DNA of 64,000 bases from Azolla caroliniana (Eukaryota > Plantae > Polypodiophyta), in NCBI GenBank assembly GCA_043228905.1, contig JBHGNT010000008.1, positions 10,974,001-11,038,000 on the forward strand. Direction: 5' to 3'. Below, in pieces: positions 13,043 to 25,072 of this stretch (its first letter is position 1; every line of letters begins with the position of its first letter). Below the pieces are notes generated by a model. That model made no database searches. It was not told the origin of the DNA and saw nothing but the letters and a program-made list of their open reading frames with translations. Position numbers and translations under genes: made by a program.

Positions 13043-13183
13043 CTAGAAAAATCCTACTATTTCATTCGAAACCCTAGAGGAGGTTGAGGTCTTTAGACTT
13101 GCCGTTGGAAGTAAATGCAGAGATTGTTGATGAGAAAACCTGGTGCAGAGAGCTTGTGAGGAACAATGTTGCAGGGCTGCCAT
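13043..13183 (-). CDS. purF: Probable first coding exon of the ATase gene (chloroplast transit peptide); splice sites uncertain
   Basis: ATG at 13183 gives MAALQHCSSQALCTRFSHQQSLHLLPTASLKTSTSSRVS (Ser/Thr-rich, MA start). Candidate donors (CG|GCAAGT, TA|GTAGGA) and acceptors (AATCAG|, TTTACAG|) near 12575-12585. Confidence 0.5.
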   Translation of the reverse strand: MAALQHCSSQALCTRFSHQQSLHLLPTASLKTSTSSRVSNEIVGFF

Positions 13184-13433
13184 AACTGTGATTCTACCTT
13201 TCAGAGATGAAGAGGAATCTGTAAATTACCAAAAAGAAGGCGATATCAAGGAAGACACAGTAAGTTTCCAAATTAGGATTGTTGGCGATGATGAAAACTC
13301 TGTAAAAATGAACTAGCGCAGAGCATGAAAACAGCAGGAGTTAGATGAAGAAAACAAGCTCTTGACATAACCTCGTGAATACGAAATCCTCCGTCTGGAA
13401 GGAAGAGCGGGGCAGATACAGCTATCCATCCAT

Positions 13434-13483
13434 CGAATCGAATCTAATCTAATCTAATCTATCTATCTATCTATCTATCTATC
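13434..13483. repeat. Compound (AATCT)n(ATCT)n microsatellite upstream of purF
   Basis: Directly visible. Confidence 0.9.
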
Positions 13484-13659
13484 CTCTGCTCTGCACTGCG
13501 ATCTGCACCGCTATACCTCCCAAACTTCCAAGTCCTTCCTTGCAAACCTCAAACCAATGCGAATGTAATGAAAGTCTTGTCTGTCTGTATGCATCATACA
13601 TACCTACATACTTTACTTAGTGTATACATGCTCGTGACTAACTACTACCAAAAATTTAA

Positions 13660-15461
13660 GAGGGTGCGGACAGTGCAGGTCGCACCGTTCATAGCGTGTG
13701 CGATCTCCACCGTCCAATGTGGATAAAAAAAGATGGCAGCGATTGTCACCAGGAGCCCGACTCTGTCACAAGGAGCCGCGCTACCTCACAACCTCTGTAA
13801 CTAGGAGTTCGACTCTGTCACAAGGAGCCCCGCTATTTGATAGCCTCTGTAACTAGGAGTCGAACTCTGTCACAAGGAGCCCCGCTATCTGACAGCCTCT
13901 GTAACTAGGAGCCCGACTCTGTCACAAGGAGCCCCGCTATCTGACAGCCTCTGTAACTAGGAGCCCGACTCTGTCACAAAGAGCCCCGTTGTCTGACAAC
14001 CTCTATAACTAGGAGCCCGACTCTATCACCAAGAGCTTGACTTAGAAACAAACATCAAAAACTCCAAAAAATTATAAGTGCACAACAAATATTTGCCATG
14101 AAAACGATGCATAAAATTACTCAAAAAACCTAAACTTCCAATTGCTCAAAACCTAAAACTTAAAACTCAAAATTCACACAAACTTATATCGCCAAGCTTC
14201 AAATAACAAATCAGCATAAAGATTCAAATAACAAGTCTTACATAAAAGATTAGAACGACAAATGTTGACAATGGGAATAATCCAAGCCTTGGAACCCTAA
14301 AATGAAATATGAATACGCACGTTACATATAACAATTATGGCTCATGTCATGATGATAGCAAAATGCAACCACAATTTTTACAACATGTAACGATCGAGTC
14401 CCTTGAAGTCAAGGTCAAGCCATCGCAACGCAAACACCAAACCTTCTCATGGTCACATATTGGCAATCGCCTCCTAGCCCAACTTGCACCTCTTTGTAGT
14501 TTTCCGGTGTGGGATTTGGAAGTGTTTGGGGAGCTACCAATAAGTTCTTGTGAGATGTCTATTGTTGAGCTTCTTTTGGCACTGATTTCTTAGTTACGAC
14601 TTATTGATCCGCCAGCTTCTTCATTGGTTGATTTGGGTGCACCAACGTGATACACCTTCTCAGTCATATCTTCCAATGTTTGTATACATTCCAAAATAGT
14701 TGCATGGTCAAAGGTTCCTAACCCTTGCTTGAGATATTGAAGTGCTTCCTTGACAATTTCTATTTTGGACTTCAATGATTCAATCTCTGATGTTGTGGGG
14801 CTTGTCTCCCGACTCATTCTACCTCTGTCTCCACGTCTATTTCTGTATTACGGTCCATTCGCATTTAGGTCACGTGATCTATAAAAGGTAACGTGCCACA
14901 TAAATGTGGCATATGCCTCTCAATAATCATTCGGATACCGAGCAAATGCTTACATTTACTCGCAAGGTCTTGGCAATCACAATATGAGCATTGGAGTGAG
15001 ACATTATAGCATAGAGTGGGAGTCATGATGCTCAAGATTCTAAACCAATATTGGGCCTCGTCCACAATATGCATTGTGGAAGTATCATTGACCTCTTTAA
15101 GTCGGGACCTTTGATCCCTACAATTTGCACGGGGTGCAAATTGACCACTCTCACATATTTCTTGTTGTTGCTCGTACTACTCTACGACCGCCTCCGATGC
15201 AAGTGCCAATTTCATTGTCCTAATTAAGACATGCACAAGGTCAATAATTGATCAATTTATTCTTCCCATCAAGGCAATATACTTGATAAACTACCAATGT
15301 CTTTCCACAATATTGGTAGCGTCAACATGTACATAGTTGAACATTCTACCAAAATTGGGCCAGAGTTTCCTCCACACACATGTCAAACCACACCATCCTC
15401 CTTCTATATATTGCTAAACACTAGGCTTGTCCACATATTCTACCTTTAACTACTCACACAT
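13660..15461 (-). mobile_element. Mutator-like (MULE) DNA transposon remnant, 3' part; continues at 48211-48289
   Basis: SWIM zinc finger CDCQDLASKCKHLLG (14865-15074). WRKLWPNFGRMFNYVHVDATNIVERHW motif around the catalytic Glu. The frame rejoins across TSD CACAT (..MQCITEFTFNV|MCE*LKVEY..). Putative terminus GAGGGTGCGG after AT-rich AAAATTTAA. Confidence 0.7.
13751..14037. repeat. 52-bp tandem repeat, ~5.5 copies (MULE subterminal repeat)
   Basis: Unit AGGAGCCCGACTCTGTCACAAGGAGCCCCGCTATCTGACAGCCTCTGTAACT starts at 13751, 13803, 13855, 13907, 13959 and 14011. Confidence 0.95.
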
Positions 15462-17991
15462 TTTTAGAGACATGAACTAATGTAAGCATAAACTAAGGAT
15501 AAAAGATAGATCTAGATAGAAAGGAGAGAGAGAAAGAAGGATGTCGATCCACCCGACCACCCCCGAGCGAAGGGATCGAGACAGACTCGAGCCTCGATCG
15601 GCGTCCCATACCACCGTCGTGGCGTCGAGTCATACCTGGTGTTGGCGCGCTCACTTCAAGAGTTGATCCACCACGAAGCAGAGTCTTGATGTAGTCAACC
15701 AGATGCTGAAATGAGGGTAGCTAGGCCTCTTATTTATAGCGATACCCAAGGCCCCCAGGCAAGTTCACACTTGGCCTAATGGGTTGTCTCAATCCCGAGG
15801 ATTAAAAGTAATCCTCCCCTTCTTTACACTCTTGTTTAACCCTCACACTTATCCACGTGTATAGAATACTAAGGTTAAATTCTCACCACGGGATATTATA
15901 TTGTCATGCCCGTAACATACTCCCCTCTTTAAAACATTGCACTCTTGCAATGGAAAGTTAGGGAAGTTAGTTTTGAGAGAATTTTCGCGTTCCCATGTGG
16001 CATCTTTTATTGATTTATCCATCCATTTTATTTTAAATTCTCGGATTTCTTTAGTACATAATTTTTTTGTTTTAACATCGAGAATTCTTTCTGGTACATG
16101 TGGTTTATAAGATAATTCTTCAGAAGTAACTAGAGTTTCAGTTGTAACTGTATTGTCGCCAGAACCTAGAAGTTCTTTTAGACGACTCACATGAAAAACT
16201 GGATGAATTTCAACACCATCGGGAAGAGCGAGACGATAGGCTAATGACCCAATGCGTTTGAGGACTGTAAAGATCCACAAAACCGTGGGGCTAACTTAGC
16301 GCACTTACCCGTAGACAATGTCTTAGAATTGTGAGGTACACATAAAAATACCTTCTGTCTAGGGTTGAATACATGAGGTTGCCTATGATGATTGGCATAA
16401 AAACGTGCTCTATCTTGAGCTGTTTTTATATTATCTCGTGCAATATGCAACATATCTTGCATATCCCGAAGAAAGTTTTGCGTACTTCGCAACTCATCAT
16501 GATGTATATTAACATCAATCGGGGCTCGTGGCTGAAAACCATACATCAACATAAAAGGACTATATCCCGTCGACGTATGCTTGGAGCTGTTATAAGCAAA
16601 CTCCAAATTTGGGAGATAACATTCCCATTTTGTTGGTTTTGCACCAACGTACGCTCGAAGCATGTCCTCAATAATTTGATTTACTCGTTTTGTCTGTCCA
16701 TCGGATTGAGGATGATCTGTGGAGTTCATGCTCAATGTAGTTTCTAACTTCTTGAAGACTTGCGTCCAAATGTCACTAGTAAATTTTGGATCTCGATCAG
16801 TCACGATATCCATCGGTAACCCATAAAAACGAAATAACTCGTCAACGAATTGGTAAGCAATTCAAGAGTTGTTACCGTGGTTTTAGTAGCAATAAATCTG
16901 GCCATTTTAGTTAGTCTATCAACCACAACCCAGATGACGTCATGGCCTTTTTGGGTGCGAGGAAGGCTAACAATAAAATCCATGGATATACTTTCCCACT
17001 TATTATTGGGAATGTCCAAGGGATGTAAAAGTCCTGCAGCTTTAAGTCGCTCGGCTTTGTTAACTTGACATTGGTGACATTTAGTCACATAGCTATGTAT
17101 GTCAGGATGCATCTTAGGCCAATAGAATTGAGTGGAGATGAGAATGAGTGTACGATGTATTCCAGGGTGCCCTACTGAGGGTGCATCATGGCATTAAAAA
17201 AGAATTCTCTTTTTGACCTCAGGAAAATCTGGAACACAAACCTTCCCATTACGGTAGAGCAAACTGTTAGCAATGTCGAAGTATTCCTTCAAAGATGTGG
17301 TGGTGTCTGTTCCAGACTCAACTCTTGCCCAGTATTTTGCAAAATAACTGTCATCAGGATACTTTCCTCAAAGGTGATCATAAAGATCTGATGTTATTTC
17401 AGTGAAGCTAAGCATGTTAACTTTACGGATGCAACTTAGTGCATCGGCGACAGTGTTCATAGAACCTTTACGATATCGTATGGAAAAATCAAAGTCCTAG
17501 ATGAGATCAGCCCATCGTGCCTTACGACCTTTCAGGTCTTGTTGGTCACAAAAATATTTCAAGGACTCGTGGTCCGTAGTTACCACAAAGTGATTTCCAT
17601 AAAGATAATGGCGCCATTTTTTGAGCGCATGTATAACTACAAATAACTCCTTTTCTTGAACGGTATACCGACATTGAGCAGAATCAAGTTTCTTATTGTC
17701 GAATACTATTGGTTTACCATCTTGATATAAGATAACGCCTATAGCATAATTGCTTGCATCGGTTTCAACCTCAAAAGGTTTTGAAGGATTTGGTAAAAGA
17801 AGTGAAGGAGCCTTGCATACCAAGTCCTTGAGTTCCTTAAAGGCGAGGTCTAGTGTAGCATTCCAGACAATAGGTTTTGTAGACTTACACGTTGTCGTAG
17901 TGTATTTTGTACACTACGTGAAAAACGTATATAGTATTAGATTCAATAAAAAATGAAGAAATAGAAGAAAATAGCAAAATAAATGGAACAT

Positions 17992-18062
17992 GCATAGGGC
18001 AAGATTCGAACCTTGCACCTCCATGTTAATAATGTAATGTCTTACCATTACACTAGCATTTC
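17992..18062 (-). promoter_or_regulatory. tRNA-like Pol III A/B-box cassette in K 5' LTR (second copy 20810-20880)
   Basis: Minus strand TAGTGTAATGG...GCAAGGTTCGAATCTTGC, A-to-B spacing 43 nt, T-arm stem GCAAG/CTTGC, downstream T runs. Confidence 0.65.
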
Positions 18063-18684
18063 ATTAGTGTTAAAGCATAGATGTCCCACATAGAAAGGTA
18101 AATTCACGCTAGGATAAACATTAGAAAAACGCATAACAAAAGAAAAAGCTACACATACACATCTAGCGTGCATGATAAAAAACGCACAAGTTAGAAAAAA
18201 CATGATCACTTTAGATAAAGCATATAGTCTATCTATAGGAAAAGCATGGGGTCTATAGTTAGAGAAAAAGCATGGATTACTAAGACTTCCTCATCACTAC
18301 ATAAGGATGGGGAGCACAATGTAATTGTGTGTGAAAAATATTTGGGAAATTGGATATATTTCCTAAAACACCAATTAATATAATCGTGGGATTCACGAAA
18401 ATAATATAATCTATACTTGTGGGATTCACAAGTTTCTTATATCTTTCTTTCAATCTAAATACATATTCTTATCTAAATATTGATTAATCGAATACAACAC
18501 ACTCGTGGGATTCACGAAATTTCTATCTCTCTTTCTAATAATCTATTCATTACTAGCCTCATCTCATATTCTTCTTTCTCTTAGTCCAAAACCTCGGCGG
18601 TTCCCACCCGACTCACGCAAACGATCCGGAGCCGAAAGGCACGACACAGTTGGTGAACCCGACGTGAAGGCAGGTGGCAAGGAG

Positions 18685-20709
18685 ATGGAGAATCAACAAG
18701 AGGCAATGAGCATAACGATGATGATGATGTTCGAGCGGATGCTACAAGAACAACGAGTGATGTCGGAGATCACGGGGGCAGTAAAGCGGCTCGTACAACG
18801 AAACGGACAATTCAACGGAAACGATGTGTCACGCTATCTACGTGACTACAAAGGGGAGATGATGCGATGTGGGATACCGGAAGAATTGCAAGTGATATCC
18901 TTCAATCGGGTGGCCACGGATGAGCTACAAGAGAGAATCCACAAGATACGGCAACAAAACTCGACATGGGGGTCATTCGAAGAAGCTTTACGAGAGGCAT
19001 ATGATTACAAGAGATCAAAGGGACAAGATCGGCGAAAATTCGACGAATGGGTGGCATCGGAGAAGACCCACCGAAGTGCAACACAAGCATTCCTAGAGTT
19101 CGAGCATCGTTTTGCTCGACTCTCGGAGCGGGAACAACGGTTGGTGGGGGAGGATAAAGTCCTAATGTTCGTAAAATCGATCGATCGAAAAGAAAGGATG
19201 GACATCGGGATCGAACTCGAAGACGATGACGGTGCGAACGGTCTTACCGAGGATTGGGCCAAAGTCGAAAGGGTATGCCGAAGACATGATGAAAGGAAGC
19301 TGAGAATCTCGTCAACAACGACATGGCCCATGAAGGATGGTCGATTGAGGAAAAACGATGAAGCCAATATGAAGGCCGAAATACAACATGATGGTACCAC
19401 GGGAGAAAGAGTGGAACAAGACACCCACTCGTCTTGTGAAAGAACGATGGCGAAGGATAAGGCCGATAATTCAAGTGTAGAAGGAAATTTCGGGATACAA
19501 GTGCCCGAGACATCGGGTCAAAAAGGGGTAAGCATAATAGATGTTTGCATAATTGATGCAGATAAAGAGTGTGAAGCGGATGTGATTAAGGAGGTAGCCA
19601 CAAAAGACGAAATCGAATCGGAGGTGGCTATGGACGAATCAATGGCGGATTGCCATATCGAGACTTCCCCACCACTGATTCCAGAGACTCCGGCGGTTGC
19701 GATCGAAAGGCAACGTGAGACCGAAGAGACGGAAGGTGGCGGAGAGAAAACGAATGTCATAGCCGACGAATACGATGAAGAGATAGCCGAGAAGAATGCT
19801 AAGGGTGAAACTACGAAAGAAGGTAATACCGAGGATTCATGCCAACAATATCTAGAGACTTCGGCGGTTGTGTCCGAGAACCAACGTGAGACCGGAGAGA
19901 CGGGAGATGGCGGCGAGGAAGATAAAGTCGGAAGTCGGTTCGGATGGAAAATGATCCATCCGAAATTCCAATCTAAAAGAAAGTGCGACAATGCGGAGGT
20001 CGGGTCTACGACGGGAGAAGCGCGTAATACAGAGCACGCTCTACGACGAATAAAGAAACGCGTGTTATGGCGAATAAAGAAGCACGCGCTACAGCGAGAA
20101 AAGAAGCATGCATTACAACCACATGAGGACCGAACAACGAGCACATATCGGAGGACCTACGTGGCGAACAACGGAAAGAAGTGCCGAAAGTCGAACCGGA
20201 CAAGGCAGGTGAAAACGAAGAAAAGAAAGCAAATCCGGACGAAAAGAAAAGAAAAGAAACCGACCCGAAAGAGCACTGAATCGGTAAAAACCGATCAACC
20301 GAGTCCGGATCGACCGAATACAAATCGGAAAGGAAGCCGAACTAAACGAAAGACAATCCGACGAGACCGAATCGGAAGTAAGCTAATCCGACTAAACCGA
20401 AAATCCGAAAAGAAGTCGAGATTGATGAAGAAAAGAAAGAGGGCAAGAAAAGATACTACCGCGGATGACAAGGACCAAGCGGGCCATGCAAAAAGCGAAC
20501 GAAGACTATGGTGGATCGAATGTCGACAATGGTTCGGGTGGAAAGAATGGATGTGCTCCAAATGGAGAGACAAAGTCAACATAACAAGAGAAGTCGAGGG
20601 TACTACGAGCCGGCAACGAAACCAATCGGGTAGAGACCGGACGGAGGAGACTAACAAACACCAACAACTTCGGCACATACCGGAGGATGTGCGGGTTTGG
20701 AGGGGGTGA
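18685..20709 (+). CDS. Intact Gag-like protein (~674 aa from ATG 18685) with acidic repeat region and Lys/Arg-rich tail
   Basis: N-terminal ~210 aa align with gag of element B (FNGNDVSRYL vs FGGKDATSYL; VLMFVKSID...GLTEDWAKVERVC vs VLLFVKSVD...GLTTDWAVVKRVC). No pol motifs. Confidence 0.8.
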   Translation: MENQQEAMSITMMMMFERMLQEQRVMSEITGAVKRLVQRNGQFNGNDVSRYLRDYKGEMMRCGIPEELQVISFNRVATDELQERIHKIRQQNSTWGSFEEALREAYDYKRSKGQDRRKFDEWVASEKTHRSATQAFLEFEHRFARLSEREQRLVGEDKVLMFVKSIDRKERMDIGIELEDDDGANGLTEDWAKVERVCRRHDERKLRISSTTTWPMKDGRLRKNDEANMKAEIQHDGTTGERVEQDTHSSCERTMAKDKADNSSVEGNFGIQVPETSGQKGVSIIDVCIIDADKECEADVIKEVATKDEIESEVAMDESMADCHIETSPPLIPETPAVAIERQRETEETEGGGEKTNVIADEYDEEIAEKNAKGETTKEGNTEDSCQQYLETSAVVSENQRETGETGDGGEEDKVGSRFGWKMIHPKFQSKRKCDNAEVGSTTGEARNTEHALRRIKKRVLWRIKKHALQREKKHALQPHEDRTTSTYRRTYVANNGKKCRKSNRTRQVKTKKRKQIRTKRKEKKPTRKSTESVKTDQPSPDRPNTNRKGSRTKRKTIRRDRIGSKLIRLNRKSEKKSRLMKKRKRARKDTTADDKDQAGHAKSERRLWWIECRQWFGWKEWMCSKWRDKVNITREVEGTTSRQRNQSGRDRTEETNKHQQLRHIPEDVRVWRG

Positions 20710-23700
20710 GTGTCGTAGTGTATTTTGTACACTACGTGAAAAACGTATATAGTATTAGATTCAATAAAAAATGAAGAAATAGAAGAAAATAGCAAAATAA
20801 ATGGAACATGCATAGGGCAAGATTCGAACCTTGCACCTCCATGTTAATAATGTAATGTCTTACCATTACACTAGCATTTCATTAGTGTTAAAGCATAGAT
20901 GTCCCACATAGAAAGATAAATTCACGCTAGGATAAACATTAGAAAAACGCATAACAAAAGAAAAAGCTACACATACACATCTAGCGTGCATGATAAAAAA
21001 CGCACAAGTTAGAAAAAACATGATCACTTTAGATAAAGCATATAGTCTATCTATAGGAAAAGCATGGGGTCTATAGTTAGAGAAAAAGCATGGATTACTA
21101 AGACTTCCTCATCACTACATAAGGATGGGGAGCACAATGTAATTGTGTGTGAAAAATATTTGGGAAATTGGATATATTTCCTAAAACACCAATTAATATA
21201 ATCGTGGGATTCACGAAAATAATATAATCTATACTTGTGGGATTCACAAGTTTCTTATATCTTTCTTTCAATCTAAATACATATTCTTATCTAAATATTG
21301 ATTAATCGAATACAATACACTCGTGGGATTCACGAAATTTCTATCTCTCTTTCTAATAATCTATTCATTACTAGCCTCATCTCATATTCTTCTTTCTCTT
21401 AGTCCAAAACCTCGGCGGTTCCCACCCGACTCACGCAAACGATCCGGAGCCGAAAGGCACGACAACGTTTGACCTTTTAGAAGATTAGTAAACGGCGTTG
21501 TCAATTGGGAGTAATTACGAAGGGATTTTCGCAAAAACCCAACAAAACCAAGGAATGATCGGACTTCTCGAATATTCCGAAGAGTGGGCCAAAGCTTGAC
21601 TTTCTCGATGCGAGAAGGATCAATTTCAACTCCTTGTTCGGTTATGAGATGTCCAAGATAAGTAATTGATTTCTTGAAGAACTCACATTTTGAGATCTTC
21701 ACATAAAACTGTTTGTCACGCAATGTTTGTAAAACAAAGCGGACATGTTTAACATGTTCTTGTAATGTACAACTATAAATTAAAATATCATCCAAGAAAA
21801 TAACGACAAATTTTCCAAGTTGTTCTCAGAAAATGTCATTCATTTCTTGTTGAAATGTAGCCGGAGCATTGGTCAAACCCAAAGGCATAACCAAAAACTC
21901 ATAATGGCCATAACGCGTACGAAATGTCGTTTTAGGAACATCGTCCTCACCTATACGAATTTGATGGTAGCTAGTATGGAGATCAAGTTTCGTAAAATAC
22001 CGAGCTCCTTGGAGACGGTCAATTAGATCATCAGCCTAGGGCAATGGATACGAATTCTTGATCATCACTTTATTCAAGCGTTGGTAATTAATACACATAC
22101 GCCATGTGCTCTCTTTCTTTTTAACCAAGAGAACTGGTGCACCCCATGGAGATTTACTATAACGTATATAACCCATTCGTAAATAGTCCTTGAGTTGCTT
22201 AGATACCTCATCCTCTTCAGATCAACTTAAGTGATAAGGAGGTATACTTATTGGTGCAACGCCAGGTACAATATCTATACGATGGTCTATATTATGTTTA
22301 GGAGGTAACCCATCTGGTAGTTCACTCGGAAAAACATCACGAAAATCATTTAAGATTTCATCAAGTTGTTGTTGTTCAAAATATGTTAATTGAACTGAGA
22401 CATTATCGATATTGTAAACATGAATGTCCGGATCAAGTACACAATAAAATAGAGTAGAACAAGACAACTCGGATATTGATGGAGAGGAAACAATCGAGAG
22501 GGATTGTTTTTTTACACATTGAATAAAATGAGTACAATCGTTCAGTACAAAAGTTATTGAGTGATGAACCCAATCAATAGATAAAGAAGAGTTTTTATTA
22601 TAAAACCAGGGATAACCCAATATTACATCAGTGGTACAAAGATTCATTACATGGAAGTCTACTTCCTCTATATAAGTATCAATAGAAATTCCTAATGAAT
22701 GAATCACCCCGTTGATGTATTGTACTCTTCCATCAACCAAGTGCACCGTATAGGCGTGATCACTTACAGTGGGCTGGATTCCCCATATCTGAACAAAACG
22801 ATCATTCACAAAGTTGTGTGAGCTTTCTGAATCAAACAAAAATTGTAGGGGAGATCCATTGATATACCCGTTTGCATGTAGTAAATCATTGGGACCCAAT
22901 ACATAGTGAGGGAAAGAACATTGACAATTACTTAAATGATGTGTATAGACCTGAAGGACATTAGAAATTTGACCTTTATGCTCTGCGGCTTTAGCTTTGC
23001 TGTCGTGCTCTTTCTGTTGGAGCTTTCGACATTGCTCTTTTGTATGATCCTTCTTTTTGCAGAATACACAAAAAGGATGTTGTCGCTTACAATTGCGATC
23101 CATGAATTCGTTGGGTGTCTTGCGTTTCCCAGCGAATTGCGACTGCTTAGTCCCGGGCGCTTCGTTGGGTTTGTTGTGGTCCTTCTTTGAAGTGCGTTGA
23201 TAGCGAAGAACTATTCTTCGAAGGATTTTGGATCCTTGTTGTGCACTATCCAGTGATATTCCGAATTGGGGATGCTATTGACAAAACAAGCTATTAACTA
23301 ATTGTCCCCTTCTAGACCCGATTTTTGGATTTGGGTTCTAGCATGGTGGACATAGTCTTCTAGCGAATAAAATTTCATGTTAGAGAGGTTCATTAAAGCT
23401 TTACCTGCCTCGGTTCGAGAGGGAGGTTGCAAAAATTGGCCCTTAAAAACTGTGACAAAATCTATCCAAGTATCAAGCAATTTTCCCAAAGTTCAGAGCC
23501 CACGCCACCAGGCGGCGGCCTTACCCCCTAGTTCTCGGCCGACATATGCAATCTTCATACTATATGGTGTGGGATAGAGCTCAAAGTGAGACTCCCATCG
23601 GCCTAGCCACATGCAGCCCTCTTCTTCGGTTCTTTCCTTTTTCTCTCTCGTAAATGGCTTAATGACAAACGATGGTTCACCTTGTCGCTCATCAGGTCTA

Positions 23701-25031
23701 TTAGTCTCACGTTGTAAACTAATGACATGTGACTCGACAGCACTTTGAGATTGCCGAAGTTCGGTCATCTGTTGAGTGGTGAAACTAAGGTATTGGGTTA
23801 TTTGCGAAAAATACATCTCAATGGACATTTGTCCAAGAGGATTTCCTTGAGTTCCTTTCGCTTGAGAGGATGACATCGGGTCGTTATTTTGAGCCATTGA
23901 ATGATTATTTCTAGCAAAGAAATAGGATAAGGTCAGACAAATAGTCATAACATCATGTCATGATGTAAACATATCATGGGAAAACATTAATCGATATCAT
24001 GATCTCACGTCAATACCCCTCTAGACGTATGAGATGAGGTTCAAGATCAGGTTACTATGGTAACACAAAGGTGTTTTAAAAACCATGGGGGTGACAAATA
24101 AATGTCTTTCCCTGATCTGTATATCGATTTTTTTCATGGTGGCTCCCCGAGGCTCAACCATGTATTTTCGCATCATGAATAGTTTATGCACAAAAAAACT
24201 GTAACAATAAACTATGTTAGGGTGCCCACATATGTGGTTTCGGCTCTTTAAGTCCTATTACGAGGACCTCGAAGTGCACTTAGACCTCAAGTCTAAACAT
24301 GTGTTATAGTCATATGTATCAATGATGTTGTATGGTTTTGATCATATTTGAACCCGAGACCTTGAGAACAAATGCATTAAAACACTTGAGCCAACCAAGT
24401 AGGTTGCTCTTCTTGAATGTTTAATGTTTCATGCGTATAAGAGATATGTGAGGCATTTGCCCATATATGTTTTTTTAAAAGAAACATATATGTCAAGAGT
24501 CCTTATTTCCCCCTCGTTTACTACAGAATATGTTGGTACGTTACCTAACTTCAAGTCTCGTAATTACGATGGCATACGCCAAAGTGCAACCTAATGGTCA
24601 AGCCAAATGAGCCCTCTTCTCGTAGTAAGCCCACATGGCCTATCACATGGTTACGACATTACGAATGCCTCTCATAAGAATGATCTCATGGTGGCATCGT
24701 ATCCATGTAACGAGGGAGGGATCTTGGATATGTGTGTCATAGGAGCGACCTCACATGAAGTGGGTCAAGCCCTACATTCTCAACATCATTGTGGCTATAG
24801 GCATTTCTTTACGTAATAAAATCGAAGTCACCAACGGGAATGTCAACAATAAAAAATTGTTGAAAAAAGGGATGGTGACAACGCCATTATCACAAAAATG
24901 TGAGGACGGCCACCAAGATCCTTTCCCCGAAAAGGAAAACATTCGATATTAAAATCACATAATAACTGTAGAAAAACGTATGTGCGGAAGCGTAAGACAA
25001 TAGGTTGGCTACGTAGCAGTAGAGAGAGAGA

Positions 25032-25072
<41 letters not shown>

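Larger units (their letters stand above)
17893..21464 (+). mobile_element. Element K: non-autonomous Gag-only LTR retrotransposon (TR-GAG-like); LTRs 17893-18646 and 20711-21464; 4-bp TSD ACGT
   Basis: 754-bp LTRs with about 2 differences by eye. tRNA-Trp PBS 18651-18668, PPT before 20711. ACGT on both flanks; removal restores A pol in frame (KGQT|CKSTKPIVW). Confidence 0.95.

Noticed and set aside
13751-14037. CRISPR-like appearance of the 52-bp array
   Set aside because: Whole units repeat with no unique spacers, no cas genes, eukaryotic context; it sits at a MULE end.
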